Source: Promethearchaeota archaeon (lineage in GTDB: Archaea; Asgardarchaeota; Lokiarchaeia; Sigyniarchaeales; SOKP01). Taken from it: DNA of 12,847 bases. The DNA lies in NCBI GenBank assembly GCA_004524535.1, contig SDNY01000103.1, positions 1 through 12,847 of the forward strand. Direction: 5' to 3'. Of this stretch, positions 1-6,836 are shown piece by piece (position 1 is the first letter of the stretch; the number at the start of each line of letters is the position of its first letter). A program made the position numbers and the translations under genes. The notes below the pieces were generated by a model. The model saw only the letters and a list, made by a program, of their open reading frames with translations, was not told the DNA's origin and ran no database searches.

Positions 1-2
1 GT

Positions 3-266
3 TTTGAGAAAACATTGAGAATTCTTCATGATAACCCTGAAATCAAGACAGAAAAGGAACTCTTTACGGAATTAAAGAAAGAATCTTACCATAACGCTTA
101 TTATCGGGTAAAACCACAGATGATTGAACATGGTTTGATTAAGGTAAAGAATAAATCAATTGAGCTTACCGAAAAAGGAGAAACCGCGTATTTATTATTA
201 AAGGCTTTAATTGATGAAACAGACGGAATAAATGAAGAAAAGGAAAGTAATGGAATTTATACTTAA
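3..266 (+). CDS. Winged helix-turn-helix DNA-binding protein (probably 5'-truncated by the window edge)
   Basis: C-terminal 'MIEHGLIKVKNKSIELTEKG' matches the (L)xxxGLI...LTxKG wing motif of MarR/ArsR-like wHTH proteins. The frame is open from nt 3 (FEKT-LRIL), so the TTG at 15 may not be the true start. Confidence 0.7.
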   Translation, partial: FEKTLRILHDNPEIKTEKELFTELKKESYHNAYYRVKPQMIEHGLIKVKNKSIELTEKGETAYLLLKALIDETDGINEEKESNGIYT

Positions 267-302
267 ATTGAATAAAATTCAAATTAGACAAGTGATAATA
301 AA

Positions 303-1484
303 ATGGTTGAAGCAGAAAAAAATTATGATTGGGCAGGGTTAGCGAAAAAAGGAGAGCAAGATAAAGAACTTAAGGAAAAGCTCAACACCCTACTTTTTTC
401 CTATGATGATAAATCATCCTCCTCAATTTTCGTAAGTAAGACCAACACCTTCCAGAAAAAGTTCTCAAGCGAAATAAATTCCAAATTAGACACCATTTTC
501 GCAGAACATCCATCTATTAAGCCAAAGGAAATTGCTCAGAGAAAGAAAAGTTTTTTAAAAAGACTAAATGAGAAATTGAATTTACTGATAAATAAGAAAG
601 CATTTTGCAAAATCACCCTACCTTCTTATCCTATCCATAAATTCTTTGAAGCCTTTAGCTCAATAATTGATGAGATAGAGTTTCTTCCTACAAAAGACTA
701 CATTAAAATAAGGGCAATGGATCCAAGTAGAATATGCTTGATCCATGTTTCAATTAAAAGCGAGAATTATCAATTTTTCAGAGAGGGTAAATTAGGCATA
801 AACCTTGACGACTTACAAAAGCTTATTAAATGTAATAGCACCGATAATTCTCAAACAACCTTGATTTTTGCGGAAGATCGCCTTTATATAACTATTAACT
901 CCAGAAAATATAATTCTAATATCAACAGAACTTTAATCTCCTTAGATACGGATATGGAAGAAATACCCTTAGAAACCCTTTTGGAAATAAATTATCCTTC
1001 TGAATTTTCGATCTCTCCTTCCAAATTAGATTATGTTTTAAGGAATATGGATTTATATAGCGAGATTATAACGATTAAGGTAAAACCGAATGAAATTAGT
1101 TTCACGGAGGAAGGGCAGTTGGGGACGGGAAGCATTAAATGGGAGAAAAACAAAATCAAACGCCTTCATTTTAATTTAAGTCATATTAAAGAAGAACTTA
1201 AAAATGAAAATTTATCCAATAGCAATAAAACCTTATTGGAGAATATTTTAGAGAAAAAAGAAATCTCTAGTGCGTATTCTTACACTTTTATAAAACAAGT
1301 AAGTAATATGTCTAAAATATTGGGTAAAGGCGAGACCGTGGATTTTAGTTTGAAGACCGACCACCCCTTAAAAGCTTATATGAGGTTTAAGGATTTAGAT
1401 AACAGCGAAATGATGTTTTTCCTTGCGTGTCGCCCCGAAGAAGCTGAGTATGACGGAGATGATGACGATATAGATGATTTTTAA
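303..1484 (+). CDS. pcn: PCNA (DNA sliding clamp) homolog with N-terminal extension, internal insertion and acidic tail
   Basis: From about aa 101 the PCNA motifs appear in order: IKIRAMDPSRICLI, KLGINLDDLQKLIK, SAYSYTFI, DHPL, FFLACR (canonically LAPR/LAPK). An SD-like GTGAT (292-296) lies 6 nt before ATG 303. Confidence 0.9.
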   Translation: MVEAEKNYDWAGLAKKGEQDKELKEKLNTLLFSYDDKSSSSIFVSKTNTFQKKFSSEINSKLDTIFAEHPSIKPKEIAQRKKSFLKRLNEKLNLLINKKAFCKITLPSYPIHKFFEAFSSIIDEIEFLPTKDYIKIRAMDPSRICLIHVSIKSENYQFFREGKLGINLDDLQKLIKCNSTDNSQTTLIFAEDRLYITINSRKYNSNINRTLISLDTDMEEIPLETLLEINYPSEFSISPSKLDYVLRNMDLYSEIITIKVKPNEISFTEEGQLGTGSIKWEKNKIKRLHFNLSHIKEELKNENLSNSNKTLLENILEKKEISSAYSYTFIKQVSNMSKILGKGETVDFSLKTDHPLKAYMRFKDLDNSEMMFFLACRPEEAEYDGDDDDIDDF

Positions 1485-1485
1485 C

Positions 1486-1514
1486 CTTTTTTTTTATTTC
1501 TATTTTTCTATTTT
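1486..1514 (+). terminator. Oligo-T archaeal-type terminator after the PCNA gene
   Basis: A T10 run followed by TATTTTTCTATTTT begins directly after the stop codon. Confidence 0.6.
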
Positions 1515-1648
1515 AATTGGTAATCCTTGCTTATTCTTTTTTTTTCTGTGGGCTTTAAATATTTTTGTCTAAAATAAGGGTTAGCAGTCATTCTAACAAA
1601 ATGGTTCAAAAAAACCAACTTGACATAATGATTGCTTATTTTTTTTAT

Positions 1649-1810
1649 CTAATTAGAATGTTTAGAACCTATCAACATTTTTTTACACTCTTTTTTTACT
1701 CTGATCTCCCCATAAGGATAATTCAGAGCATTCCAGATTTTCCCTCTAAGGAAAGCTCTGATTAGGTTTAACGAATTGTCGAGTAATTGAAACCTAACAA
1801 AAGCAACCAT
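1649..1810 (-). CDS. Putative 53-aa basic hypothetical protein (not in the ORF track)
   Basis: The ATG at 1810 directly abuts the TGA of the 1811..2020 ORF. Translation: MVAFVRFQLLDNSLNLIRAFLRGKIWNALNYPYGEIRVKKECKKMLIGSKHSN. No recognisable motif. Confidence 0.35.
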   Translation of the reverse strand: MVAFVRFQLLDNSLNLIRAFLRGKIWNALNYPYGEIRVKKECKKMLIGSKHSN

Positions 1811-2020
1811 TCATTCTATCGACAAATAAATAATATACCCTTGTTGTATTCCTTTTATTTCTATGATTTTATCTAGGGTATCGTGTTCGTCTTGGGTAAA
1901 ATCAACAAACTCCTCAAGAGTTTTAATTCCCGAAACAAAGGATTCTTTATTTTTATACACAAAGGTTATACTTGTGTTTTTACCTTGTAGTTTAATTCCC
2001 ATAGTATCATTAACTGGCAT
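1811..2020 (-). CDS. Hypothetical protein, 69 aa
   Basis: ATG start, globular-protein composition, no competing long ORF. A TATA-like TATTTATT lies about 25-30 nt upstream on the minus strand, so it may be leaderless. Confidence 0.6.
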   Translation of the reverse strand: MPVNDTMGIKLQGKNTSITFVYKNKESFVSGIKTLEEFVDFTQDEHDTLDKIIEIKGIQQGYIIYLSIE

Positions 2021-2049
2021 ACTACTAAGGAATTAACTCACAAATAAAT

Positions 2050-2122
2050 AGATTTACCGACTGGTGATTTAGTGATTTTTCCTATTCCCACACCAGAAGA
2101 GATTTATCCTATATAGATTTAG
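2050..2122. repeat. Two copies of AGATTTA-N9-GATTTAG (candidate operator or iteron array)
   Basis: GATTTA occurs at 2051, 2066, 2101 and 2116: 15 bp apart within each pair and 50 bp between pairs. It lies between divergent genes. Confidence 0.55.
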
Positions 2123-2266
2123 ATTGCTTAAATTTTATATGTAAAAAGATACACCACAAATAACAAATCCTTTACTCTCTTTGATTATAAATTAGCGTAT
2201 TTCCTTTATTATTTCAATCAACAAGAATCTTAAATCAAAAAAAACCAAAACAAGAGTGATAAAAGA

Positions 2267-2725
2267 ATGGTTAACACCCCCAAGAGATGTGACAATAGAT
2301 ATTGCAATCTCAAACCAGAATATAGGATTTCCTATCCAAACGGAGAGATTTTTTTTCGTTGTGCCCATCATATAGCACCTTACCAAATTGAGAGAGATAA
2401 TGATAATTGCATGATCGAATCTCTTATATTTGATGAAAGCTGGATAACCGAGTTTGAGGAATCCTCAGAAATAATTAGTTGGTTAAACCGATTCATCGAA
2501 GAGAAGAGACTGGAGGATAAAATCATAGAGTTTTTTGACGACAACCACATGCATCACCTTATGCCCATTAAAGTAATCACTGAAATGTTTGAGAGCTTAA
2601 GTCTTGCCAACCAAAAGAAGATTAAAGATAAACTGGTAGTTATCGACTATCATAACGGGAATGTAACGCATTTCTTTGGGTATATCGGGAAATGCTTAAT
2701 AAAGTCAATCCAAGAGGGAGAGTGA
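2267..2725 (+). CDS. Hypothetical protein with N-terminal Zn-finger (C-x4-C-x18-C-x2-H)
   Basis: CDNRYC...FFRCAHH at the N terminus. An SD-like GTGAT (2256-2260) lies 6 nt before the ATG. The helical C-terminal part (WLNRFIEEK...QKKIKDKLVVIDYHNGNVTHFF) recalls small phage/MGE hypothetical proteins (recollection, unverified). Confidence 0.8.
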   Translation: MVNTPKRCDNRYCNLKPEYRISYPNGEIFFRCAHHIAPYQIERDNDNCMIESLIFDESWITEFEESSEIISWLNRFIEEKRLEDKIIEFFDDNHMHHLMPIKVITEMFESLSLANQKKIKDKLVVIDYHNGNVTHFFGYIGKCLIKSIQEGE

Positions 2726-2902
2726 ATGAAACAAATGGAATCCAAGCCTAAAGCAAAAGTGAAAGACTTACAGCATTTTTTAAAGGAAGCTTACAAGCAT
2801 GGAACGATCACCTGCCCCGAATGTTTTAACCGAATAGAACCCGACGCTAAGAAATGTTCATGCGACTGGAAGAATCCTTTAAGGCAATTCGGACTAATAT
2901 AA
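2726..2902 (+). CDS. 58-aa Zn-ribbon protein (not in the ORF track)
   Basis: The ATG abuts the upstream TGA and is preceded by purine-rich GAGGGAG. Translation MKQMESKPKAKVKDLQHFLKEAYKHGTITCPECFNRIEPDAKKCSCDWKNPLRQFGLI contains CPEC-x10-CxC. A T-tract follows the stop. Confidence 0.8.
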   Translation: MKQMESKPKAKVKDLQHFLKEAYKHGTITCPECFNRIEPDAKKCSCDWKNPLRQFGLI

Positions 2903-2903
2903 T

Positions 2904-2945
2904 CCTATTTTATATTTTTTCTTTTTTTTTTACTTTTTATTTATT
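2904..2945 (+). terminator. Oligo-T terminator after the Zn-finger gene pair
   Basis: Several T runs (T6, T10, T5) directly after the stop at 2902. Confidence 0.6.
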
Positions 2946-3095
2946 AATTCTTCCCAAAATCAAAAATTTGTCAATCTATTTTCATTTTTAACCAAAGAAA
3001 AACACTCAATCCATGTAAAGATTAAAAAACAATAAAAATATAAACCACAAAAATATAACTTCAATGAAAGATATAAAGATTTAGGTGATATTCAC

Positions 3096-3758
3096 ATTCT
3101 AACCGATCAAGAAATTGACGATATAAGTAAGAAAATGGTTCGGTATTTTGTTCCCATTGACGCCACCGACCTTTATAAAATCATGGTGAAAGACGACCAT
3201 CCAATTTTATGCAGTCTTATATGTCGTGCAGAGTATAAGGAGAATAAAGATAATCAATTTCTACTTACGCATGTTCTTTTAGCTATGGATGGAATCGCAT
3301 TCCAAAAGCTTGGTAAAAATCAGTTTTATTATTGGTATTCACGCCCTGAGAACGAAATCATTTTTGGGAAACAAAAGATAACCGTTGACGGAGTTCAAAT
3401 ATTAGTAGATGATGCTTTAAACAAGCCGTTTAGATTTGAGAAAATACAAGATGTTATTTCTCCGATTTATTCTGATGAGGATTTCAAGACAATTCAAAAC
3501 AATTTTTCCGCATTCTGTAAAATAATTTCTAATACATTTAAAACTTTAAATCAAGAAACATTTAAATACGCTAGAGATGTTGAATATCTAAGGAGTGGCA
3601 TTACTGAAATCGGTATTAACGATTTTATCGATGTGATTCGCACAAGTTATAACGCTGGTTTTAAAAAAGAAGTGCGATTAATTGTTGAGAAAGCCTTAGA
3701 ACTAACAACTAAAGAAGAGAAGAAAAGTCTTTTAAAATTTAGTTCTAAAATATCATAA
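3096..3758 (+). CDS. Hypothetical protein, possibly PH-like N-terminal domain (start ATT 3096 or ATG 3135)
   Basis: 207-aa ORF from ATG 3135, with the frame open upstream to 3036. A strong SD AGGTGAT (3083-3089) sits 6 nt before ATT 3096. The beta-rich ILCSLICRAEY...THVLLAMDGIAF...YYWY segment followed by a helix suggests a PH-like fold (inference). Confidence 0.75.
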   Translation: MLTDQEIDDISKKMVRYFVPIDATDLYKIMVKDDHPILCSLICRAEYKENKDNQFLLTHVLLAMDGIAFQKLGKNQFYYWYSRPENEIIFGKQKITVDGVQILVDDALNKPFRFEKIQDVISPIYSDEDFKTIQNNFSAFCKIISNTFKTLNQETFKYARDVEYLRSGITEIGINDFIDVIRTSYNAGFKKEVRLIVEKALELTTKEEKKSLLKFSSKIS

Positions 3759-3763
3759 TTTTT

Positions 3764-3901
3764 TTAGTTAAAACCGTATTCTCTCGTAATAATTCCTTCA
3801 TAGTCTTCACTGAGAATAATTCTTGCCGATACGGCTTTTTCCTGACTAAATAAGAATGGAGGAATTTCTATCTTTCCCGCAATTGTGTAAAGCTTGAATA
3901 T
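3764..3901 (-). CDS. Putative 45-aa protein with ATA start (not in the ORF track)
   Basis: The minus strand reads GAGGTTGATTAATT-ATA TTC AAG..., giving (M)FKLYTIAGKIEIPPFLFSQEKAVSARIILSEDYEGIITREYGFN*. It has an SD-like GAGGT and converges tightly on the stop at 3758. Confidence 0.45.
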   Translation of the reverse strand: MFKLYTIAGKIEIPPFLFSQEKAVSARIILSEDYEGIITREYGFN

Positions 3902-4099
3902 AATTAATCAACCTCTTAATCTGAGCGCTCTCCTCAGAGCCTATTGGTATAGATTCTAAAAATTAATATAAACACTGAAAATTAATAGTCCTTTAAACTG
4001 ATTTATTTATATAAATTGTTAAATATATGATAGAATTAATATTTTGTGATTTATCTTGATTATTTTATGCCCCAAATTATAAATTAAATCAATCTGATG

Positions 4100-4471
4100 C
4101 TAAATTATCTTAGCTATCTTGTCGCAAGTTCGCTTACAATCAAGAAATATTAAACCTAAACGCACATCCTTAGTTGTGGACACGGTAAGCACCGCGTTCT
4201 GACCAGCAGCCAAAACTAAAAGGTACCCGTCAGTTCCCTTGACATAAACTTGTTCAAAATCACCTTTACGCATTTCTTGTATCGCTCGCTCAGCTAATGA
4301 TAAAAGTGCTGCTGTCATAGCCGCTATCCTCGTCTCATCGATCCCTTGAGGCAATGCTGAAGCGATTGGCAAGCCTTCGACTGAGACTATCGCCGCAGCC
4401 TTTACTTCTGGAATTGCCGATAGGAGTCTTTTTAAGATAATGTCAAGGGTTTCAGGTACTTGTTCGTCCAT
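4100..4471 (-). CDS. Roadblock/LC7 (MglB-like) domain protein
   Basis: AAAIVSVEGLPIAS...RIAAMTAALLSLAER...QVYVKGTDGYLLV...AVLTV...RLGLIFLD is a typical Roadblock/LAMTOR2 signature; 123 aa. Confidence 0.95.
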   Translation of the reverse strand: MDEQVPETLDIILKRLLSAIPEVKAAAIVSVEGLPIASALPQGIDETRIAAMTAALLSLAERAIQEMRKGDFEQVYVKGTDGYLLVLAAGQNAVLTVSTTKDVRLGLIFLDCKRTCDKIAKII

Positions 4472-4519
4472 AGAATGATTTTCTCCAAAATTATAATCTT
4501 AATTTAAATTAGATTTTAA

Positions 4520-4535
4520 TAAAGTTATAACTTTA
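4520..4535. promoter_or_regulatory. Perfect 16-bp palindrome TAAAGTTATAACTTTA overlapping a TATA-like element
   Basis: It is its own reverse complement and lies about 50 nt upstream of the Roadblock ATG, in the divergent intergenic region. Confidence 0.5.
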
Positions 4536-4810
4536 CTTATATTTAACTTAGTTTAATAGTATTTATTTTTTTTTATTTCAAAGTTATTTAATTTAAAAAA
4601 TTGTTGATAATAAAATTTAATTCTCAACAAGAAAACATACTAAAAGTCTCTTCTCGAAGCACCTCTAAATCGTGAATTTAGCTTAAAAACCATCTTAACC
4701 TAAATAAGTTCAAATTTTTTTATTAATATTTGAATTAAGGTTATTATTTGGAAAAAATTTAATATAAACCAAAATTTATTGAATGGAAAGGATATAATAC
4801 TATAATTGGT

Positions 4811-5965
4811 TTGTTAATCATTACAATTACAAATTTAGACATATTAGCTATTATATACAATACAATATTTTCACTATTTTTATTTCTTCTAGCTAGTCTT
4901 ATGTTTTATATAGCTAAAAGAGGTTATAAGGCAAATAATCACTATGGAGGGAGTTCAACATTAGTGTGTGGAATTTTATTTTTAGTTTTTGGACTTTATA
5001 ATATATTTTTCGGATTTTTTCCTTTTCCTTATATGGGATTCATGATTTGGTGGATCGGGATGATTTTTATCGTTTATATTGGATTTGCTTTAATAATTAA
5101 GAATATAGTAAAAAAATTGGAGAAAGAAAAATTAAATTCTGAGAATTCAAAGAATTCGAGATTAAAAAAATTTGTTATTCTAATGACTAAAGAAAATCCA
5201 TATAAAAAAGAAATTTCTATTAAGATGGAAATAGTTAGAAAAAGTTTTCATCTGGCAGGAATTTTATTTATTTTAGCATACTTTGGATCTTTCTTTCTTT
5301 TTCCTATAACTCGAATAGTTAATGATACAATTATTATATTCATTAAAGAAACTGAATGGTTTTATGGTCTTTTATGGGGTAGCATTCACGATTACCCTTA
5401 TTCTAAAGGGGATTTTCAAGCTGTTGTGGATCTTACTTTGTTTGGTCTAATTGGAGCTTTGGTATTTGCTATAATTTCTGAATTCATTAGAATTTTTTGG
5501 GGTCCCGAATACTCAATATTTAATTTTTTAACAAAAGCTATTCTTAGAGATAAGGAATATAATGCTTTTGGTGCACATATATATTTAATAACGGGGATTA
5601 TCTTTTCTTATATGCTTTATTTTATTGGAGTGGTTCATATATTAATTGTGACAGCTGCGGTGCTCATATCATGCTTTTCAGATGCTCTTGCTGCCTTAAT
5701 CGGACGGAAATGTGGCAATCATAAAGTTAAATGTATCGGTGGCGATATAAAATCAATTGAGGGATTTATAGCAGGAACCGGAAGCGCATTTTTAATTGGT
5801 TTGATTATCCTTGGTCCAATCTACGCATTAATAGCTGCTTTAATTTTTTTCATATTAGATTTTTTTCCAACGATTATTGCAGATAATCTTCTAAACCCAA
5901 TATTAATTACAATAGGCATTTTACTAAGTGTAATATTGTTAGGATTCCCAATTGGATGGTTTTAA
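4811..5965 (+). CDS. CTP-dependent diacylglycerol/polyprenol (dolichol/phytol) kinase family membrane protein
   Basis: RKSFH, LRDKE and SDALAALIGRKCG...KSIEGFIAG...DNLLNP motifs of the Dgk1/Sec59/Vte5 (CTP_transf_1-like) family; many TM helices. Exact start uncertain. Confidence 0.85.
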   Translation: MLIITITNLDILAIIYNTIFSLFLFLLASLMFYIAKRGYKANNHYGGSSTLVCGILFLVFGLYNIFFGFFPFPYMGFMIWWIGMIFIVYIGFALIIKNIVKKLEKEKLNSENSKNSRLKKFVILMTKENPYKKEISIKMEIVRKSFHLAGILFILAYFGSFFLFPITRIVNDTIIIFIKETEWFYGLLWGSIHDYPYSKGDFQAVVDLTLFGLIGALVFAIISEFIRIFWGPEYSIFNFLTKAILRDKEYNAFGAHIYLITGIIFSYMLYFIGVVHILIVTAAVLISCFSDALAALIGRKCGNHKVKCIGGDIKSIEGFIAGTGSAFLIGLIILGPIYALIAALIFFILDFFPTIIADNLLNPILITIGILLSVILLGFPIGWF

Positions 5966-5993
5966 ATATATTATAAATGTTGTTAAAATAATA

Positions 5994-6836
5994 ATGAAAG
6001 AATTAATTGATGAATTAAAAAATATTAAGTTAGCGATTTTTGACTTGGATGGTGTAGTTTACAGAGGAAATACCTTAATCCCGAACGCTGATAAAGTTAT
6101 TCAAGATTTAAAAGATCTATCTATTAAAGTTGTATATAATTCTAATAACTCAACAAATACGAGACTTAAATATGTTGAGAGATTGAAAGGCTTTAACATT
6201 CCAAGTGAACTTTCAGACTTTTATACAAGCGCTTCAATCACTTCGGCTGAGATATCAAAAATAAAAAAAAATGCCAACATTTTTATAATCGGAGAGAGTG
6301 GTTTGCGAGAGGAATTAAAATCATTAGGCCATAATATTATAAAGGATCCCCCTAAATACGAAGATATAGATTTTGTAATAGTAGGGCTTGATAGAAATTT
6401 TAATTATCAAAATTTATCTATTGCTCAAAAATGTATTTTGGAGGGGAACGCACAATTCTATGCAACTAATGCAGATTCGACTTTACCAGTTGCCCGAGGT
6501 TTAAAACCAGGGGCTGGTGTTATGGTCAATGCCGTAGAGACTTGTACAGGGAGAAAACCAGTTAAAATCTTTGGAAAACCAGAACCTTATGGAATAAATC
6601 TTATTTTAAAAGATTTCAATATCCTTCCTAACCAAGTTTGCATTATTGGAGATAGACTTAATACAGATATACTAGCAGGAAACCGCGCAGGAATAATAAC
6701 TATTGCTGTTTTAACAGGGATTACTTCAAATGTAGAAATTGAAGAAATGATAAAAAAGTCAAAAGAGAATCAAATTGAGGATCAAAATCTCCTGCCTAAT
6801 ATTGTGTTAAATACTTTAGAAGAGATTTTCATTTAA
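5994..6836 (+). CDS. HAD-superfamily subfamily IIA hydrolase (NagD-like)
   Basis: Motif I FDLDGVVY, motif II SNNS, GKP and motif IV IGDRLNTDI. ATG 5994 is preferred over TTG 5952, which overlaps the upstream gene. Confidence 0.93.
   Translation: MKELIDELKNIKLAIFDLDGVVYRGNTLIPNADKVIQDLKDLSIKVVYNSNNSTNTRLKYVERLKGFNIPSELSDFYTSASITSAEISKIKKNANIFIIGESGLREELKSLGHNIIKDPPKYEDIDFVIVGLDRNFNYQNLSIAQKCILEGNAQFYATNADSTLPVARGLKPGAGVMVNAVETCTGRKPVKIFGKPEPYGINLILKDFNILPNQVCIIGDRLNTDILAGNRAGIITIAVLTGITSNVEIEEMIKKSKENQIEDQNLLPNIVLNTLEEIFI

Larger units (their letters stand above)
1..3901. mobile_element. Probable right arm of an integrated mobile element/provirus (boundary approximate)
   Basis: A cluster of short, strand-switching hypothetical and Zn-finger ORFs plus a wHTH gene and an atypical PCNA, followed by an abrupt switch to housekeeping-like genes at 4100. 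No integrase, structural gene or att repeat is seen in the window. Confidence 0.55.

Noticed and set aside
1565-1765. 66-aa plus-strand ORF in the track
   Set aside because: TTG start just after a terminator-like T tract, Phe-rich low-complexity sequence derived from T runs, and overlap with a better-positioned minus-strand ORF.
2192-2386. 64-aa minus-strand ORF in the track
   Set aside because: Antisense shadow of the Zn-finger gene 2267..2725, which has an SD-like site and a clear motif.
3920-4080. Candidate att or dif site at the element boundary (TCTGAG/CTCAGA hairpin at 3920-3938, ATTTATATAAAT palindrome at 4005-4016)
   Set aside because: The stems are short or AT-only, there is no 11-6-11 Xer dif geometry, and no second copy exists in the window to define an att repeat.
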